From an uncultured virus (IMG/VR IMGVR_UViG_3300040811_000464) (taxonomy: Duplodnaviria > Heunggongvirae > Uroviricota > Caudoviricetes): a stretch of DNA of 20,000 nt. Below, one piece after another: positions 17,120 through 20,000 of this stretch. The stretch lies in the IMG/VR virus record IMGVR_UViG_3300040811_000464; one strand, given 5' to 3'. Both the position numbers and the translations under genes were made by a program. Every line of letters begins with the position of its first letter. Position 1 is the first letter of the stretch. The notes below the pieces were generated by a model. That model made no database searches, was not told the origin of the DNA, and saw only the letters and a program-made list of their open reading frames with translations.

Positions 17120-17808
17120 TGATAACACAAAAATATCCATACCAAGAACTAAAAAAGAAAAACTTTGATGGTTCACGTAAATATCTTACACCAGACGGCG
17201 GTAAACTTCCTAGTGTAACAACTATTTTATCTGCTACTCAATCAGAAGAAAAGAAAAAGTCATTGCAAGAATGGCGTAAAAGAGTTGGATATGCTAAAGC
17301 ACAAGAGATCACTACAGAAGCCGCAGGTCGCGGAACACGTATGCATAAATGGTTAGAAAACTATGTATTAAGTGATACTGGAGACATGGGGCAATACGGA
17401 TCTAATCCATACAGCAAACAAAGTCATATTATGGCACAAGAAATTATTGACAAAGGTCTAGTAAACTGTGAAGAATTTTGGGGAACTGAAGTAACATTAT
17501 ACTATCCTGAAATCTATGCAGGTACAACTGACTTAGTTGGTTTGCACAAAGGTGATGAAGCAATCATGGATCACAAACAAACTAATCGACCTAAAAAACG
17601 TGAATGGATTGACGATTATTTTATTCAATTAGCGGCTTATGCAGATGCACATAATGTGTTATATGGCACCAATATCAAAAAAGGTGTCGTGTTTATGTGT
17701 AGCAAAGACTACGAATACCAAGAGTTTATTGTAGAAGGCAACGAGTTCGACAAGTATCATCAACAATGGCTTAAGAAGTTAGAAGAATACTACACTAAGT
17801 ACATCTGA
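17119..17808 (+). CDS. PD-(D/E)XK exonuclease (RecB/Cas4-like phage nuclease)
   Basis: PSVTTIL, RGTRMH, E, AGTTD, DHK, QLAAYA motifs; TAATG overlap and GAGG SD for ATG 17119. Confidence 0.85.
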   Translation: MITQKYPYQELKKKNFDGSRKYLTPDGGKLPSVTTILSATQSEEKKKSLQEWRKRVGYAKAQEITTEAAGRGTRMHKWLENYVLSDTGDMGQYGSNPYSKQSHIMAQEIIDKGLVNCEEFWGTEVTLYYPEIYAGTTDLVGLHKGDEAIMDHKQTNRPKKREWIDDYFIQLAAYADAHNVLYGTNIKKGVVFMCSKDYEYQEFIVEGNEFDKYHQQWLKKLEEYYTKYI

Positions 17809-17818
17809 TAAAATGCCA

Positions 17819-17844
17819 CATTGATTTAAAATCAATGATAAATA
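17819..17844 (+). promoter_or_regulatory. 19-bp palindrome abutting a late-promoter-like TAAATA
   Basis: CATTGATTT-A-AAATCAATG 17819-17837; TAAATA 17839-17844. Confidence 0.55.
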
Positions 17845-17872
17845 AGTATAATCAAAGGAAAAGATTAGACTT

Positions 17873-20000
17873 ATGAGCATTATACAAATCTCTAAAATTC
17901 AACAAAGGGCTGGTAACCTAGTTGATTTACCACAATTAGACGAAGCAGAAATCGGTTTTGCCAGTGATGCAAAAAGAGTCTTTATAGGTAAAACTACTAG
18001 TGGATTAGAAAATATTGAAGTTTTAACTTCATACTCTGATATCACATTCAGTCAAATCGACGGATCAGTTGGTAACTTAAACATATCAAATAGTACAGTC
18101 GCAGACGGACAAGTCTTAGCATTTGACGGCAATAACTGGGTTAACAGAGGTGGAGACGCCGGCGGATTAGTTGACTTAGGAGAGATTAGCAATGTTCAAA
18201 TCGACGGCGGTTCAGTTGGTTATACAATTGAAACAGATGGTCTAGGTAATTTATCTTGGACACCTAAAGGAACAATTACCGCATACATCGAAGATGTATC
18301 ACAAGCAAACCCAGGTGTTGTTACTTCAACTGTAGAAAACTTTTTAACATCAGGACAAGAAGTTACAATCACAGGTGCAGTTGGTATGACTGAACTAAAC
18401 GGTGGCACATATTATGCTAACGTTTTGACTGCAAATACATTCTCATTGTATTCAGATACAAGTTTAACAACTCCAGTAGATACTTCAACATTTACTGATT
18501 ATGCATTTTCAAGTGTTGCATCAACAGATACTTCAAACAAAAGAATTACTGTAGGTAATTCGCAAGTATTTTCATTAAATGACCCTGTTAGATTTACAGG
18601 TAACATGGATAGTGCAACTTCATTAATAGATACGATTAGCACTTACTATATTAATGCATTACCTACAACAACAACTATTGTACTTTCTGATACTCTTTAT
18701 GCAAATGGTGTTGCTGGACCTGAAAAGCCAATTGGCACAACAACAGGACTAACAGCAAATGTATATGGTGTTGGTGGTAGAGCAGTTGCATCAATAGGTG
18801 GCGGTGGAACATCAGCGGCTCAAGGTAGCAATACAAGTGTACAATATAACAACTCAGGTGTTATCGATGGTGACGGAGATTTTGTTTGGGATTTTAGTTC
18901 AAATAAAACTTTAACTGTTAATGGTAATGCAAATGTAGGGAACTTAAATGCTACAAATTCAGTAGTAGCATCCAGAATATTTTCTAATGTTGCAACAGGT
19001 ACGACACCTATTGTCGTAGACTCTACAACACGTGTAGCAAATTTAAATGTCGATTATGCTAATGTAGCAGACAACAGTGTAGTAGGTAATCTTACTACGG
19101 GTAATTATTTCCCGGCATTAGTATCTACTTCTGCAACTGGTAATAAACCACTGAATGTAAGTGGTAGTTATACATTTGATACTGCTAACGCAAAATTCGT
19201 AGCAGGCAATGTTGAAGCAACATATGATGTTTCAGGTTCAACATTAACCGGTGCTTTAACAACAGCCACACAACCAAATGTTACTAGTTTAGGGACACTT
19301 ACAAGTTTAGAAGTAGCAGGAGATATTACTCCTGATGCAAATGTAACATATGATTTAGGAAACAATACAAATAGATTTAGAGATTTATATCTATCAGGAT
19401 CGTCTATCACATTAGGTTTCCAAGAAATTACATCAAATGCAACTCACACAACATTTACTAATAGAGTAACCGCAGATCAGTTCATAGGAAACGTTGTAGG
19501 TATTCTATCAGGAGATGCAGGTAACATTTCAAATGTTCAAGGCGCAAACGTTGCAGGTCAAGTTAACTTTGCCGCTACTGCTAACGCAGTTGCTGGGGCA
19601 AATGTATCAGGTGCAGTAGCACTAGCAACAAGTGCAACATCAGCAAATGCAGTAGCAGGTGCTAATGTAAGTGGAGAAGTAACATTTGCCGCAACAGCAA
19701 ATGCAGTAGCAGGTGCTAATGTAAGTGGAGAAGTAACATTTGCCGCAACAGCAAATGCAATTGCTGGAGCAAATGTATCAGGTCAATCTGCAAATGCATT
19801 AGTTGCAGGTACAGTATATACTGCGGCACAGCCTAACATCACATCAGTTGGTACACTTTCATCATTGACTGTCTCTGCAAATGTCGGAGCAGGTAATGTT
19901 AATGCAACAGGAAAAGTATTCGCTCCAACCATAGAAGGCACGACAGTTGTTACAGATTCAGGTGGTCTTTCAATGCCATCAGGTGGTTACCACCTGATGG
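17873..20000 (+). CDS. Long tail fibre/virion adhesin (3' truncated; not in ORF track)
   Basis: Open frame from ATG 17873 to the window end: MSIIQISKIQQRAGNLVDLPQLDEAEIGFASDAKRVFIG (Mtd-N-like), QANPGVVT...GAVGMTELNG (E1 FCCH-like beta domain), G/N/T/A/V-rich fibre repeats. Confidence 0.85.
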   Translation, partial: MSIIQISKIQQRAGNLVDLPQLDEAEIGFASDAKRVFIGKTTSGLENIEVLTSYSDITFSQIDGSVGNLNISNSTVADGQVLAFDGNNWVNRGGDAGGLVDLGEISNVQIDGGSVGYTIETDGLGNLSWTPKGTITAYIEDVSQANPGVVTSTVENFLTSGQEVTITGAVGMTELNGGTYYANVLTANTFSLYSDTSLTTPVDTSTFTDYAFSSVASTDTSNKRITVGNSQVFSLNDPVRFTGNMDSATSLIDTISTYYINALPTTTTIVLSDTLYANGVAGPEKPIGTTTGLTANVYGVGGRAVASIGGGGTSAAQGSNTSVQYNNSGVIDGDGDFVWDFSSNKTLTVNGNANVGNLNATNSVVASRIFSNVATGTTPIVVDSTTRVANLNVDYANVADNSVVGNLTTGNYFPALVSTSATGNKPLNVSGSYTFDTANAKFVAGNVEATYDVSGSTLTGALTTATQPNVTSLGTLTSLEVAGDITPDANVTYDLGNNTNRFRDLYLSGSSITLGFQEITSNATHTTFTNRVTADQFIGNVVGILSGDAGNISNVQGANVAGQVNFAATANAVAGANVSGAVALATSATSANAVAGANVSGEVTFAATANAVAGANVSGEVTFAATANAIAGANVSGQSANALVAGTVYTAAQPNITSVGTLSSLTVSANVGAGNVNATGKVFAPTIEGTTVVTDSGGLSMPSGGYHLM
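19541..19786 (+). repeat. Coding tandem repeat, 54-bp/18-aa unit (ANAVAGANVSGEVTFAAT)
   Basis: Five GANV[A/S]G copies; 19641-19759 is a perfect nucleotide repeat with period 54 (unit starts 19641, 19695, 19749). Confidence 0.9.

Noticed and set aside
17119..17808. Nuclease as part of a CRISPR-Cas locus
   Set aside because: No array or other cas genes, and it lacks the Cas4 four-cysteine Fe-S arrangement; it is a common stand-alone phage nuclease type.
1054..19410. Short minus-strand and alternate-frame ORFs in the track (e.g. 1054-1383, 1474-1689, 1653-1868, 5859-6260, 10623-10886, 15240-15563, 18220-18408, 19168-19410)
   Set aside because: They lie within or opposite well-supported genes, have no motifs, and look like shadow ORFs.
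19541..19786. Tandem repeat as a CRISPR array
   Set aside because: No unique spacers; the period is a multiple of 3 and it encodes a peptide repeat in an open frame.
17873..20000. Diversity-generating retroelement suggested by the Mtd-N-like domain
   Set aside because: No reverse transcriptase or TR/VR pair in the window; this N-terminal domain is common in ordinary fibres.
1..20000. Stop-codon reassignment
   Set aside because: Recognisable genes are full length under code 11, and TAA, TGA and TAG all end genes at sensible junctions.

Overview
AT-rich, gene-dense, nearly all + strand segment of a large T4-like/jumbo tailed phage genome, read with the standard genetic code. The host is probably an aquatic Gram-negative proteobacterium (inferred from an IscA and a TonB-dependent receptor). 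Left half: the 3' end of a TonB-dependent receptor, then a replication block (UvsW-like helicase, possible Hint-fold protein, gp62-like clamp-loader subunit, zinc-finger protein, PhyH-type dioxygenase, DEDDh exonuclease, a 193-aa miniature DnaE/Pol III alpha, peptide deformylase, primase, DnaB/gp41-like helicase). Right half: genes preceded by a TAAATA late-promoter-like motif (probable head/virion proteins, a KxDG ligase-like protein), IscA, an SGNH-like protein, a PD-(D/E)XK nuclease and the 5' part of a repeat-containing tail fibre gene missing from the ORF track. The most striking item is the minimal C-family polymerase, which keeps all three catalytic aspartates and is translationally coupled to a 3'-5' exonuclease. 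All calls come from motif recognition by eye; no database searches were run.
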